DNA of 64,000 nt from Glaucostegus cemiculus (GCA_976551045.1 CDPCPM010000344.1:14136001-14200000); one strand, 5' to 3'. Numbered from the stretch's first letter, positions 25,201 through 37,841 are shown. Translations and numbers: made by a program. The notes: generated by a model from the letters alone, not told the origin.

Positions 25201-28200
25201 CCTTAGCGAGTCATAGGACTCCTTTTCCGTGTGTGAGAGTCCGGGATCGGGTTGGCTTCTGTCAGCGCCAGGCCGGGTTAATCCTTGAGGTAAAATCCCA
25301 CCATTAGGCTAACGCACACACTCACTCCCGCTCCGCGCCGCCCGACCTGACGCGGTTTTTTTTTCCTCGAGACGCTAACAGTCCGTCCCGAGACCCGACA
25401 CCGAACAGTACCACGCATGCGCGGAATCCGCCACAGCGGGCGCGCAAGCGCCACGAAACCCCGGGTCGATTCAGCTCCACACGCACGCGTGGAGAAACCC
25501 TCGCCCTTCTCCCTCCCCCCCACACTTCCCAGCCGAAAGAATGGACATCAACTGCGCCTGCGCCGTACCATCTCAACACCGCTCTGCTCTCCCCCCTCCC
25601 CAGCAAAGACCGTGGAATCTACGCATGCGCGGAAAATGCAGCTCCCCGGCATACTACGCAGGAGGGTCCACAGCCGCTGCAGGAGCCGGGAGTGGGAGTA
25701 CGCGTGCGCAGACAGCGGCTGGGAGTGTTTTCTGCGCAAATGTGCCGAGTTGGTGTTTAGCTTACTCCAGTGACTGGGAGGAAAGTTCTGGAAAGGCTGC
25801 TGTCGGCGCAGGAGCACGATGAATAGAGAGGAATCTGAGAGCGCAGTTCCAGGGATATCCACTATTTCATTTAAAGAATAGATCTGTTTAACCCGTGTAT
25901 AAGTGCCTCCTTCGACTAATACTAAATTTTGGATGGTCTGAACGATATGGGAAGATTTTAGATGGCTTGAACGCCGAAATGACCGATATGAGGAAATACA
26001 ACCTTCAAAAAAAGCTTGTTACCAGTAGCTTTATCAGGAAACTGCTGTGTGTTCGTGGGGTTTATCTTACAGGAATATCGTCCATTCTCAGTCCTTTGTC
26101 CCTGTCTTTGTTCCCCTCCCCCTTGTCTTTTTCCACTCGGGCGCCATTTTAAGGCGATGGAAAGTTCTGGAGAGTCCGCCATTTTGTGGCAGCCAGTTAC
26201 TCTGCCCTAACAGGGAGTGCAGCGCATAGACACTGCTGGAATATCAGAGATGTAGACTACTTTGTGGCTTAAAATAGTGGAATAACAAGCACTTATGCCC
26301 TATGCGATCTTAAAGTGTGAGCTTTCTTGGAAGATGTTATTTCGTTTAGTCATAGCACTAAATAAAACTGGCTTTGCGTCCAACCTATACAGATCAACTG
26401 TTTACAAGATCGCTAAAATTAGGATATGTTAAATTTATATCGGGTTGGAGAGAAGGAAAGAATTCTCTGGGGAAAGGACAACAGTTTGGGTAGTGATACC
26501 ACAATACAGTAAGTGTTTCAGAAAGGAGACCAATATAAATTTTTTTATTAAATTTTGTATTTAAGCATTACGTCACCATTCAAACATACATTTACAAACA
26601 TAAGTACTGACATAGCCTGATGGGTCACATGCTTCTCACGCTCTTGCTGTAAATTTGAGACTCAAAAATCACGAAGCTTTTCAGATTTTTTTGGGGAAGG
26701 GGATTAAGGTTGGTTTTCTGGCGAGCAACTGTTACGGGGTTACTAAATGCTGATTGAAATTGCGAACTGTAATTTGAATCCAATTTATGTGACAAATTAA
26801 AGTAGCGAAAATGATGCAATAACCACATTTTGGCGATTTCAAAAGCCTGTTCTTTCAGCAGGCCCATTTATATAGAAAAAAAAGGTTTTAATTATATAAT
26901 GTGTTTTGATATGCTGGAAGTTGGCGGCATATCGCAAAATTGAGGCTGAAATGGATATTGGTTGTAAAAGGTTTAATGTTTTACCTATGGATTTCCTAAT
27001 GAAGGATTAAGCATGCAGTTCTTTTATGTTGGCCCTAGGTTTGAAAATCTATGGTGCAAGATACCAAGGCGGAAAGGGCAGGCTAAAAGTAAATGACTCA
27101 TAAGGTTGGCTTTTCAAAGGCTGCAATTATGTACTGAGTTATGCAATCGGCACACAGGCTATATTCTCAAGATTGCCTTTTGTCTCATGACATACGTACA
27201 TTCAGTGGTAATATAAAAACTGAACTGATAAGGAGGGTAATATCCTAATTATTGCAGAACTTTGAATTTAGTGTGTTCTGTTTATTTGTAGCTAATCAGC
27301 AATAACTGAGAAACTGTTACAAATGGAGGATCTTAATCTAACTAATTTTCTGCATTGTATCCAGAGTACCTGACATTGGTCTTTATTATAGTCGCAAGTA
27401 TTTTTAGAAAACACCCTTTTGAGCCCACCTGCAAAGACCACAGCGAAGGCTGTATTATTTTTGGAATGTGTTTTTCTCTGAGTTATCTATGGTAGACCTG
27501 GTTGGACGTGGAAATCGAAAACAATTCTTGTGTGCAAAGGCATATATTTTGATAGCCAAATAAATACAGGTTTGCATTAAAGCTATTTAAATATTTTTAA
27601 CCAGATTTTCAAGTATTAAGAGAATCGGAGGATTTGACATTCGTTCAGGAAAGTGGTGTAGATATATAAGATCAGCCATGATCTTACTGAATTCTGGAGT
27701 AGACAGGAGGACCCAAATGGCTTACCCGCTTCTGTTTCCTATTTGTGAAGGCTGGCAATAATTTGTAAAGTGAGCACTTCCATTAAAGTACATCACAAAA
27801 CAAAATTGTGAAAGCGTTTGGTGGAGCTTCCTGTGTATGGCTTGCACTTTGCTTTATCATTGATAGTGATAACCTAAATTACCTCTGTAGTCTTCACATG
27901 CTTATAGTTTTGCATATTTTGGTTAACCTTTGTTCTCTTTGAACTGTGTATTTTATCCGTTTTGTTTGTAAATTATCCTTTAAAAAAAACAAATAGTAGC
28001 TTGTGCATATTGCAACAAAGGCTGGTCTATATAGAGGCCTTTGGATTGCATTCTGCTGATTAAGCCAGTCGTAAACAGAACTGCAGTTTAGCTTCATGTT
28101 CCATTTATGTGTGTACTTAGTGATGTTTTGTAACGAATCCAGTAATTGCTTCCCAGCAACTATTTTTGTGGTTTCCCAGCAACTACCTTTTTGTGTTGTG

Positions 28201-28469
28201 GAAACCATGTGCCTTCTTTCTGAACTGGCTTTGTTTGCTGTTCATTGGTTTTACTCCACGTGTAAACATGTACAGTTACAACACTTTTTGTTGCTTTGTA
28301 TTTTGCATAACATCAGAAATCTTGAAGGTTTCCTTTTGAATGTCATTGAAGTTCCCAAGACTTCTGTATGATCTCAAAATGGGTCACTTTGCTTCAAGCA
28401 GCTTGATATCAGACGGTTCTGTCTGGGTGCATAATTTTTATTAAAAAATTTAAGTTTCTATTACAAGAA

Positions 28470-28780
28470 CACATAAGAGCAGAAGTACATCCCTTAAGCC
28501 TGACCCATGTCTCAACTGTACCAGTTCCATTGAGCCCTCAATTGTGCAATGCTTCAAAAATGCATCCAACTCCCAATGTTCTAACCTCCATAAACTTCCG
28601 GGATACAGAATTCCAGGGATTCACCTACGTTGGTGAATCAAAATTCCTATACATCTCAGTTTTAAATGACTGTCCCCTTTTTAACTCTTTGCCCTCATAC
28701 TAGGGCAAAGAGTTAAAAAGAGGAAACACTAGAGTAAACATCTCATAATCTACCTTGTCATGCTCCCTTAGGATCTCAGT
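28470..28780 (-). mobile_element. Degenerate CR1 3' end
   Basis: acataagagcagaagt..., agaattccagggattcac, aaattcctatacatctcagttttaaatg are typical reverse-complement CR1 tail motifs. Similar remnants at about 19010-19260, 30470-31150 and 56320-56510 (plus). Confidence 0.5.
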
Positions 28781-29939
28781 AAGATGGAAAGTATTACTTG
28801 TTTTGAATAAATCATTAATTTCGCTGATGGATATGTTTTCCAAATGCATTGAGCTGCTTAATTAACTGAAATAACAGGTCTTTAACCAAATATCCTCTCT
28901 ATGCTAATTTAGGGAAAATAGAAAAAGTAATGCTAAAGCTAACACAGAACCATGTGGATTATGTCACTAACTGGGTTCTTCTATATGTAAAGACAGCACT
29001 AAATAGGGTGAAAATATTCAACATGATGAGCAACATCTGTGCAGAAAAACATTTCACATCAACGTCCAGTCATTACTGTAGTTCTAAAATATTGGCCTAT
29101 TTTTGTCCAAATGCTGCTTAAGCTGAGTATTTGCATTTTTCTGATAGTGACAGTTTGTCATTTGATTTTCAAAGTACTATGCAAAGTATAGTCTCTAAAT
29201 ACAATAGTAGATTACTAGCAGTCATATAAGCTAACTTTCATACAGTGAATGTCTTTATCCTTTCTCTGCTTGTTTTATACATATTCAAGTTTCAGAATTA
29301 CTCCATACATTCTCACTATTTGATTGGTGGCATGTGGAATTTATGAAACTCATTTTATCCATGTGAAAATGAATACGCAAGGAATTAAAAAATCTAGGGA
29401 AGCATTTTTAGCATTTATTTTGTTTCCTTAAAATTGTCAGATTTCCTTAAGGACCTGATGTTCTACTGGCAATTCTTAAAATGTCCATTCTATTAAGTGT
29501 CAGTATGCTATTCAATTCTGAAATGTTTCATGGGTGAATTAATCTGGATATCCATATGCATGTGCTTTCCAGCTCAATTCATTGTCTGGCATACTGGCAT
29601 TCATGCTGATTTTCTTTTTGCCCTAATTCAAGACTGCTGCAGCTAACTAGTGACTCAACTGTTGCCTTGATTTCTAAATGTTGCCTTCATCTTTTAACCT
29701 TAGTGTCATTGTGTTTTCAAAAATGTGTGTGCTATTTGATATTGCAGTATTTTTAAATTAAATTGACATCTGCTTGTGAAATCCTTGGATGAAAATAGGC
29801 ACAAGAGGAAAAAGTCTGTGACCCTACATTTATATTAACATTAAGTTCTTCAACTAACCATGAAAATACTGGCTTGTTTTTGTAAAAAAAAATCTGGTTT
29901 ACTGATACCCTTCAGGGAAGGAAATCTATCTTTACGTTG

Positions 29940-30354
29940 TCTCCTCGTCGTCGTGGCTATCACTCGAGGTCGAGGATGATGGTCTTCGTTCCATTGATAA
30001 AAGTAACCCACAGAGTGAAGATGCCTGTGCATGTATTTGTTTAACGTGTACTTGATGTTGCACTACAAAAAGCACATGATACTTCACAAATCAACCAACT
30101 GATTCTAATGGCATGGAAACCACAACAATTGGAGCTGATGGATTTGTTGCAGCCTTCATCTGCCTTCACAACTGTTGACTTCGAAGTAACTTTGTCCGCC
30201 TGTTCCACCGTTGAGGTCTTGGTTGGATTGTTCTTTGTCAGGGACCTCCCCATCGACCTTACCGCTATGGGTGACCCTACCAGGAGCATCGCTCTCGGGA
30301 TCTCAGGACTACACAAGCTTCTCCACCATGACAAGGTGACAATCCATGGAGAAG
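29940..30354 (-). mobile_element. Short non-autonomous RTE-derived retroelement
   Basis: The minus strand starts cttctccatggattgtcaccttgtcatggtggagaagcttgtg...cctggtagggtcacccat, resembling the 5' end of RTE/Rex3-type elements. It ends in a (GAC)n-like tail and retains CpGs. Confidence 0.55.
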
Positions 30355-33300
30355 TACCTGGTCTAGTGTATGTGTGATTCCAGAACACCTGATGTGGTTG
30401 ACTCCTAACTCTATCCTCAATTATAAAGAAGAATTAGAGTAGGAGTATACCACTTGGCCCTCAAAACCTGGTCTGCCATTTCAATGAGCCTCAATACCAT
30501 ATTCCTGCCATTTCCTAATGACCTTGATGAACCTTGAGCCTGGAAATATGCCTGCCTCCTTTTAAATATATTCTGCAACTTGGTTTCCACCTCCCTCTGG
30601 TAAGGAATTACACATTTCACCTCCCTCTTGAATGGGGATAAAAAAAATCTCATCTCTGTTAAGTGTATCATGTAAAGCCGTGGTCCCTGATTCCAGTCTC
30701 TTTTCTCCTCCTACCCCCCCCCCCCCCCAAACTGGGGAAGGTAAACCGTTCTGCATCCATGCTGTTGTTGACCCTGAGAATTTTTTGTACATCCTCAATT
30801 TAATATCTTATTCTAAACTTATGTGAATTCAGATCTAACTTCTTCTCAAAGGACAATTGTGCTATCCCAGAAAGCCCTGTGTGGCAAGTATATCCTTGCC
30901 AAAACTGCATACAGTACTCAGATATTGTCTTACCAAGGTCTTATATAATCCTAGTAAGGCATGCTTGCTCCTGTACTCAAAGCCTCTTGTAATCAAAACC
31001 AAAATAATACTTGGCACCTTAACTGCTTACTTGCATGTTTGCTTTTGGTGACTGATGTGTAGAGACACTTGGATCCCTTTGTACATCAATTTATTGCCAT
31101 TTAAATAATCTGCCTTTCTGTTTTTCCTGCTAAAGTTGATAATTTCACATGTTGTGCTGCAGGGACAATTACTGATTGGCAATATCTGTGACGTTTTCCA
31201 CTCCCCACCCCATCCTGAAGAAGTACAAAAAACAGTACAATACAATCCACTTAGATCTGGGGCCTTCTCAAAAATACATGCTTTTCTGCAATAAATAGTG
31301 CTTGTTTATGTGATTGGCTTGTAAACTGTCACTTTGCAATGGTAGTCTCACTGGGAATTTCCATCAGAATCTTACAAAGTATAAGGTAATTTTGGCCTCT
31401 ATCTGAGATAGTAGTATTAATTTGCTGTGCTTCAATGAAATTGGCCAAGATTTCAGAGGACTGGTGTAAGACACATGCAACTTGTTTTAAACTCAAAAAT
31501 ACATTTAGATTATTGCACTCTTTTTAATATTCAAGAAGCATCAGTTTTGTAGTGCAGTGCTTAAAGTTAAGGTGCTTGTTTTTGTATCAGACTAAATTAT
31601 TATTTGTTTGAGTTACTCAAAATATGCCTTGTACTGTTTTTACATATTAAAATGTATGATGTTGATGGTATGCAGTTCTGAGTGACCAAATTTATTCAAT
31701 GTAGAAATTATTGTTACTGAGCATAGTTATTAACATCTACGTGGGTTTCATTTTCAGAAAAGTGTGCTGATTTATTTCCCTTCCCAGGAACCCTGAAGTC
31801 AACTGCAGTAACATCCCAAATGTGCAGAATCAGAACAGCCAAATCTTTTCTATTGTGGGATTTTAATCTTGCAGCTTCTATTATGCATTTATGCTGCATG
31901 AGGAATAAGTTCATTCCAGTGTGTAATCACCTAATTTGTCAGCTGCATTTTATTGGGACACAATGGTAAAACAGCCATCATACTTTTTGTAGAAATGTAA
32001 CTCTGACACAAGTATGGATAGACTATAGTGTATTTTTAGGTTGTACTCTGAGGATGTTTTTCTTTGAGAGGAATTTATTTTTCTATGTGCTTCAAGTTTG
32101 AGTGCAAGTGAGAGGTTGGGTAGTCAATTATGGGGTGTATTGCTATGAACCTGTCATTTAAGGCCCAAATGTAATTGCCTTTGAAACTGAGAGCTGCCAT
32201 CTCGAATTGTTATGGTCCCTTTGGGGATGGTCTTACTGTGTTTCCGAAGAATAGTGGTGTGCAACTTCAAGATGGTGATAATCGCATATCCCTTTTCACC
32301 TTGTTCTTCTAGGTGGGACAAGTTGTGGCTTTGGCTGTTATGTCTGGATTTGCCTACTTGAGTAACTGTAGTGCATTTTGATTTTATTAGGTGATACACT
32401 GCAGCTGTGGGGGTGCTGGTAGTGGAGGGAGTAAATATTTAAGGTGTGGATATCACAGTGAGTTTCTTAGGACTGCATGCATCTGGGCAAGTGACGAATA
32501 TTCCATTCTACTCCTGACATATTCCTTGAAGGTTGTGAAAAGGATTTGTGGGGCAAGTTGTCAGGAGTATAGATTCCCATTTGTCTTTGTAGCCGCAGCA
32601 CTTGTGTAGTTTGTTCAGTTGCATTTCTTGTCATTAGTCTGCAGTATGTTGATGATAGGCCATCTTTGAGAACAGAAGGTAATGCTGATTTGGAAACTTT
32701 AACTTTGAAAACCTGCATCAATATAGTTTCCTTTAGAATGTCTGAGAGTACCTCACAATCAGTGAAATAATACTAAAATACAGTCATTGTTGTAAGGAAA
32801 TACACAACTTGTGTGAACAATTTAATAACAGCACAAGTCAGTGTTTGGTCTCCTGCACTCCCTCCTGACTTTCTCTTGCTCTCCTCAAGGCTGGAATCCA
32901 TTTTCACAGCAACTCAGTTCCAAAATATTCTCCATATACAAATACATGTAATGCAAAGTGATGGCAGGATATCCCATTACTTGGGCCACACAGCCAAGTC
33001 CAATATTGCACTTGGCAATTATAATGGTATCCAGCAGCTGGAATTGCTGGATGGCATTTAGCATTACTAATTTTTTTTTCTTCTCATCCCAGGAACAAAT
33101 GTTCTTTTGCCACCCAGTCTTTGATTAACTCACTTGGCATAAATCAGGGATTGAATTTGGTCTGTATTATTTCAATAGTGTATACTGATTTCCTTTGCTG
33201 TGATGCAGTGAAACAGATATATTTCATATTGAATTAAGGTGGGGTGGCTGCTGCTGCTTTTAAAGACTTTTGTTATCAAGTGACATATGATTAGTTTTCT

Positions 33301-34232
33301 AAACTAATGCATATTCTGTTGTCGTTATTTCTTATGTACAATTCTTCCAATTCCAAAATGTAATCCAACCTAAAACATGATTGATTACTTTTATTTAATA
33401 CAAATATACTTTGAGGGTCAGTGTTATTTGACATGTGCAACTTCTGATCCAAAGTAATTGGGAACAGAAATGTCAAGTACTAAGATTCACAACTTCTAAT
33501 GTGTAATATTATATCAAATGTGCTACACACTGAAAGATGGGTTAGTGCTTGGGATTGACAGCAGTATATATGGGGCTGGTGAAAGGAAGTTGGGTGTAAG
33601 ATGAGAAGACTTGAATGTACTTGTATTTTGTGGAACTAGCTTAGAAACAGGCCATTTTGCCCATTGTGCCTGTGTCCATCCTTTGATAGGCTTTTGCAAA
33701 TGTGCTTTCTTGCATTTCTTTTCCCTAATACGCCAAGTTTATGTGTAGTCCTCACTCAAGCTAATTTTCTTTGCGCATCATAATACATGGAGCAGTAAAC
33801 CAATTAATTGTGCAGGCCTTCCATTCCATACCTGCCCAATCTGATTATGCTGTTTTGGTTAATACGTGAAAAAAAACCAATGATGCCATAATATCACAAC
33901 AGAGAAAATGTGATTGTTTGTGTCAGTTTGTATAGCCCTTCAGTGCTGTCACTGAACTGGTAGGGAGGGTGCTGATGCCAGTTATACAGCTGATTTTTTT
34001 TCTTGGGTTTGATTATTGATTATCAATCAAACCAGGAATTTTCAGGTTTACTTGGCGCAATAGAGCTGAGCTTTATAGAAGCTTCTAATGTAAATGGAGT
34101 CTGAGGAATGATCTTTCAGAGGTACAGGATCTGATATTGTCTATTTGAAGTGATTATAAATGAAAGAGTAGAGATTTGCAACAAAACACAGCAGTTCACA
34201 AGTTGAATAATTCAACTCTTAAAATCTGGTCT

Positions 34233-34346
34233 TCAAGTAGTGGAGCTGGTATTCAGGGATATGTGACAAGTCTTGCAAAGGATCTGTTTGTTGAGTGGAA
34301 AACATCCTTCTTCAGTTGGATCAGGAGATAGTAAAATTCCACATTT
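34233..34346 (-). CDS. FBLIM1: FBLIM1 last coding exon (114 nt): second half of LIM3 and stop
   Basis: Acceptor gtgttacag|AAA. Encodes KCGILLSPDPTEEGCFPLNKQILCKTCHISLNTSSTT*, completing the zinc finger begun in exon 46872-46992. Candidate AATAAA on the minus strand at 33390-33395. Confidence 0.93.
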   Translation of the reverse strand, partial: KCGILLSPDPTEEGCFPLNKQILCKTCHISLNTSSTT

Positions 34347-36639
34347 CTGTAACACAATGTGAAACATTTCAATCCACAGAATAAGTATGTACACATTACA
34401 TTCCAAAATCTTCACTAATGCTAATTTGAACAACCACCATCCTAGTCTTACCGCAATTAGTCTGATTGTGATGAAAAGCCTAAGTGGACTTCCTACCCCA
34501 CAACTCTGTCCCTAAATTAGCAAACATTAGCATTATCAGCCTAGAATAGCATCGTTTATCAGCTCCAGCATCTGTGCTCAAAGGAAATGTATGAGCAATG
34601 CTCCCAAATAGTGGGCTATTCCCTTTCCTGAAGATTAATCTATCCCTGTTTCCTCATTAAAATTGATTAGTTCATAGTAAGGTATCAAATGTTAATATAA
34701 AAATTTGTCTTTTATCTCAATGTATGGGATACAATACAGTTCACTAGAAGCAAAAACATCCCCACAGTAATACTACGCAATGGTATGCTAATGTAAGGAC
34801 ATTAATCTACTTTCACAATGGTACAATACATGTCTGTCACATGTAATAATTCACACTAAAAATAGTACTCATAGCACAATGTGCTGTAGCTTGTGCACAC
34901 TTCACACTTCGCCTCCAGACAGCAGTTTGTTCAGTCGTGTAGTATCCAGATTTCAACACCATCTGCTAGTATAATAGTGATACATTTAGAATAATGGATT
35001 TAAATGCGCTGTCATTGCCCTTGCTTATTAGTTGCAAGGACTAGATTTAATACTCTTACAGTATACAAACAAAGTAACTGGTCCAAGTGAGAGCATATAG
35101 AAGTTGGCAGCAAAAAATCAGTAATTTGATAAAGCCACATGTGAGCAAGTCTGATTGAGCAATGTATGGTACCTGATATTCACATTACTTGAAAGAGTGG
35201 TTAGTAGATTCAAATCTCTTTTGCATAGATCTTTCATCACACTGAAGTTGGGTTTTCGTCATTATTCTCAATGTTACTTGGCTTATTACAGCAGTTTATG
35301 GTGGTTGGGAAAGCAGCTAGGTAAAAATGCAATCATTATAGTAAGGACTAAGTATCTATCACGGCTGTGTAGAGAAGCAAGAAATTGCATTCCTGTTTGA
35401 TGGAACCGTCATTCATCACGTTACATATTCATGCTTGAGTCAGTAGAGTACTCATTATATGTGTTTCCCATTTCGGCTTTCTTTTTCCCATAATTATAAC
35501 CTTGAAACAGAAAAAATACGCACTATGTAGTTTGGCTTTAAATTTGGGTTTAAGTAGTAGTAGTTAAGCCTTACTTTTAAGTTTGCTGTCTGTTTACTAC
35601 AAATTTAGTATCTCCTGAAATGTTGCCAAAAAAAATCAATGACACTGCACAGTCCTCCTCTGCTTCTGCTCTAGAGAAATACTTGTCCTATCCTAAATTT
35701 TATAGCTGCTTTTATGCATTTTTTTTTCCACATCTTTAAAGATTTTTGGGCTCTATTGTCAATCTTGTATTTCAGTTATCTAGAAAATTATTCAAAGCCA
35801 TTAACTATTCACTTAAGTCAAACCCCATCCTGTTGCAATTGTCATTTAACCATTAAGCTGTTTTTGATGTGTAGATATTTTGCTTTTAAAGGAAGTTTGT
35901 GCTGCTGTCTCATTTAGTAAATCATTTCGTAATTCATTGAAGTTGATGGCAATGTACTTGGACATCTGGTCTAGAGAAATTTTTAGTGCTTTCTGTATGT
36001 TTTACATTGACTGAATATTGACTTTTTGGGGGTGGGGTAGATGTATAAAAGATAAATGTTGAGGTCAAAATAACAAGCTTGATGGTCATAGGAGTTCATA
36101 GAAAAGACCATTTGCTTCATGCAGGGCAATCAAAGTCTAATCCCAATCTCTCATTGTATATTCCAGTTTCTGATATTCAAGTATCGAAGGCACGTCAAAA
36201 CTGACAGCGATAATATTGTTTTAAATCTCCTGTTTCCCGCTTTGCTCCAGCAAAAATAATGACAGTGTAGTTTCTGTAATGAGGCAAAAAAAGTGTTCTA
36301 ATCAGTGTTTTAAACAAAATCATTACTTTGTTTACTATGTTATGCTATTTTAAAATCCCAGTTTGCTCTTTTAAATGGGTTGATCTATCTACATTTGTAC
36401 TCCAAGGAAATGTCTTTGAACCAGGTCTCTTGGTCCACATGAATACCTTTCTGTTGTATGTATGCTCCCTTGTTGTTTACCTCAATTTTATCCACATTAA
36501 ATTGTATTGTCTCACAACTGTTCTCTAACCTGCCGTTGTTTTACTGAAAACCACCTCCCTGTCTCAATTTATCATCTTCTTGTATCATAAACAAGTTGAA
36601 ATTTGACTTTTTCCCCAATTGCAGATAGATGTAAATGTG

Positions 36640-37150
36640 GTCTTGGACAGTCTCTCAAAATTGACGATAATATGCTTCCACTTTGGTTCTGAGGTGACAG
36701 AGGTCAATGTGGGAACAGCAGATTGGGTAGGACATACCTGACTAGGTGGATGAGTAGGTAGTTGGTAACTTGGTGTGGTCTTACTGCTCTTTACTGTGGA
36801 CTCCTATGTATTCTTGAGGCATGCATTTAAGGATTCTCAGTGCCATCTCAAATTCTCCTGCTCCACTCTGAGCAGTCTTATACCCTCTACTGTAGCAGAA
36901 ATCTTGTTGATGACATTCTGCATTGGGGCAAGGATGATTAGAAAAAAAGTGGGGCAATGGCACATCCTTGGCAGTCTTGTTTGAGACTGTTTGTGTTGTG
37001 GACTGGTTGGTTAGGATCATGGCTTGCATGCCATCATGAAATAAACATATGGAGTCATTTAGGTGGGCAACTGACTTTGAGAAATGTGTTTCACAACGTC
37101 TCCTTATTGATAGAACCAAATGCTTTGGAGAGGTTGAAAAGGCCATATTT
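36640..37150 (-). mobile_element. Degenerate RTE-type LINE RT fragment
   Basis: Minus-strand translation includes ICLFHDGMQAMILTNQSTT, matching the RTE RT region between KAFD and GVKQG. Frameshifted. Confidence 0.55.
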
Positions 37151-37589
37151 ATAGTGGTTGGTGCTGCTCCATGCATTTCACCTCAAATTGTCACACAATG
37201 AAAATGTTGTTTAAAGTGGGTGGGGCTGGAGGGTGTAATAAACTAGGCTTTGGAGCAGACAGTATTCCTAAGCTCAAAAGCTTGGTGGTGAGGAGCTTCA
37301 GTCACGAATCCACAAAGTTTTTCTCCACACCTTGGAAGTGGTGGACCTTGGAAATGCTGTGACCATGACTATCTTCAAGAAAGTAGAAAAAATTGACTTT
37401 GAAAGGGCCTCCTTGCTATCAACCATAGCGACTGTCATCCCCAGGGTTATCCTCAATCAGCTACCATAGAGCTACTCCCTGAATTGCAGCATTATATCTA
37501 TTTGTTCTAGAGGCACAGTGGATATAATTTATAGGATACTGTAAAATCCTTAAGTGATGAAGTCTTAACTTCATGTACATTCATTCTTC

Positions 37590-37838
37590 ACCATAGGTTT
37601 CCTCTGGCTGCTCTAGTTTCCCCCCACATCCCAAAGATGTATGGGTTGGTAGGCTAACTGGCCACTATAAATTGCCACTAGTTATTGTAGTACGTGAGGG
37701 ATAGAATCTAGGGGAGTTGGAAAGAATTTGGGGAGAATGAAAATGGGATTATGTACGATTAGTGAGGCATTAGTGGTTGATGATGAGTGTGGACTTGATA
37801 GGTTGAAAGGCCTGCTTTCCATGCTGTAGCTCTATGAC
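37590..37838 (+). mobile_element. 5'-truncated HE1-like SINE
   Basis: ccataggtttcctctggctgctctagtttcccccc...cccaaagatgt...tttccatgctgtagctctatgac, same family as 50350-50692. Confidence 0.7.
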
Positions 37839-37841
37839 ATA

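Larger units (their letters stand above)
24780..26230. promoter_or_regulatory. CpG-island promoter of SPEN (probably bidirectional)
   Basis: Sharp GC/CpG rise spanning exon 1. NRF1-type GCGCATGCG-like motifs at about 25414, 25553, 25622 and 25701. YY1 cores CGCCATTTT at 26142 and 26177. HSE at 25780-25794. No obvious TATA box. Confidence 0.88.

Noticed and set aside
24726-26229. Many overlapping 60-118 aa ORFs around the SPEN promoter
   Set aside because: Expected by-product of a GC-rich CpG island and a GT repeat. No domain features; the real CDS is the 83-nt exon 1.
34466-34632. Possible C/D box snoRNA (TGATGA...CTGA)
   Set aside because: No terminal stem, no recognisable rRNA/snRNA guide, spacing too long, and antisense to the host intron.
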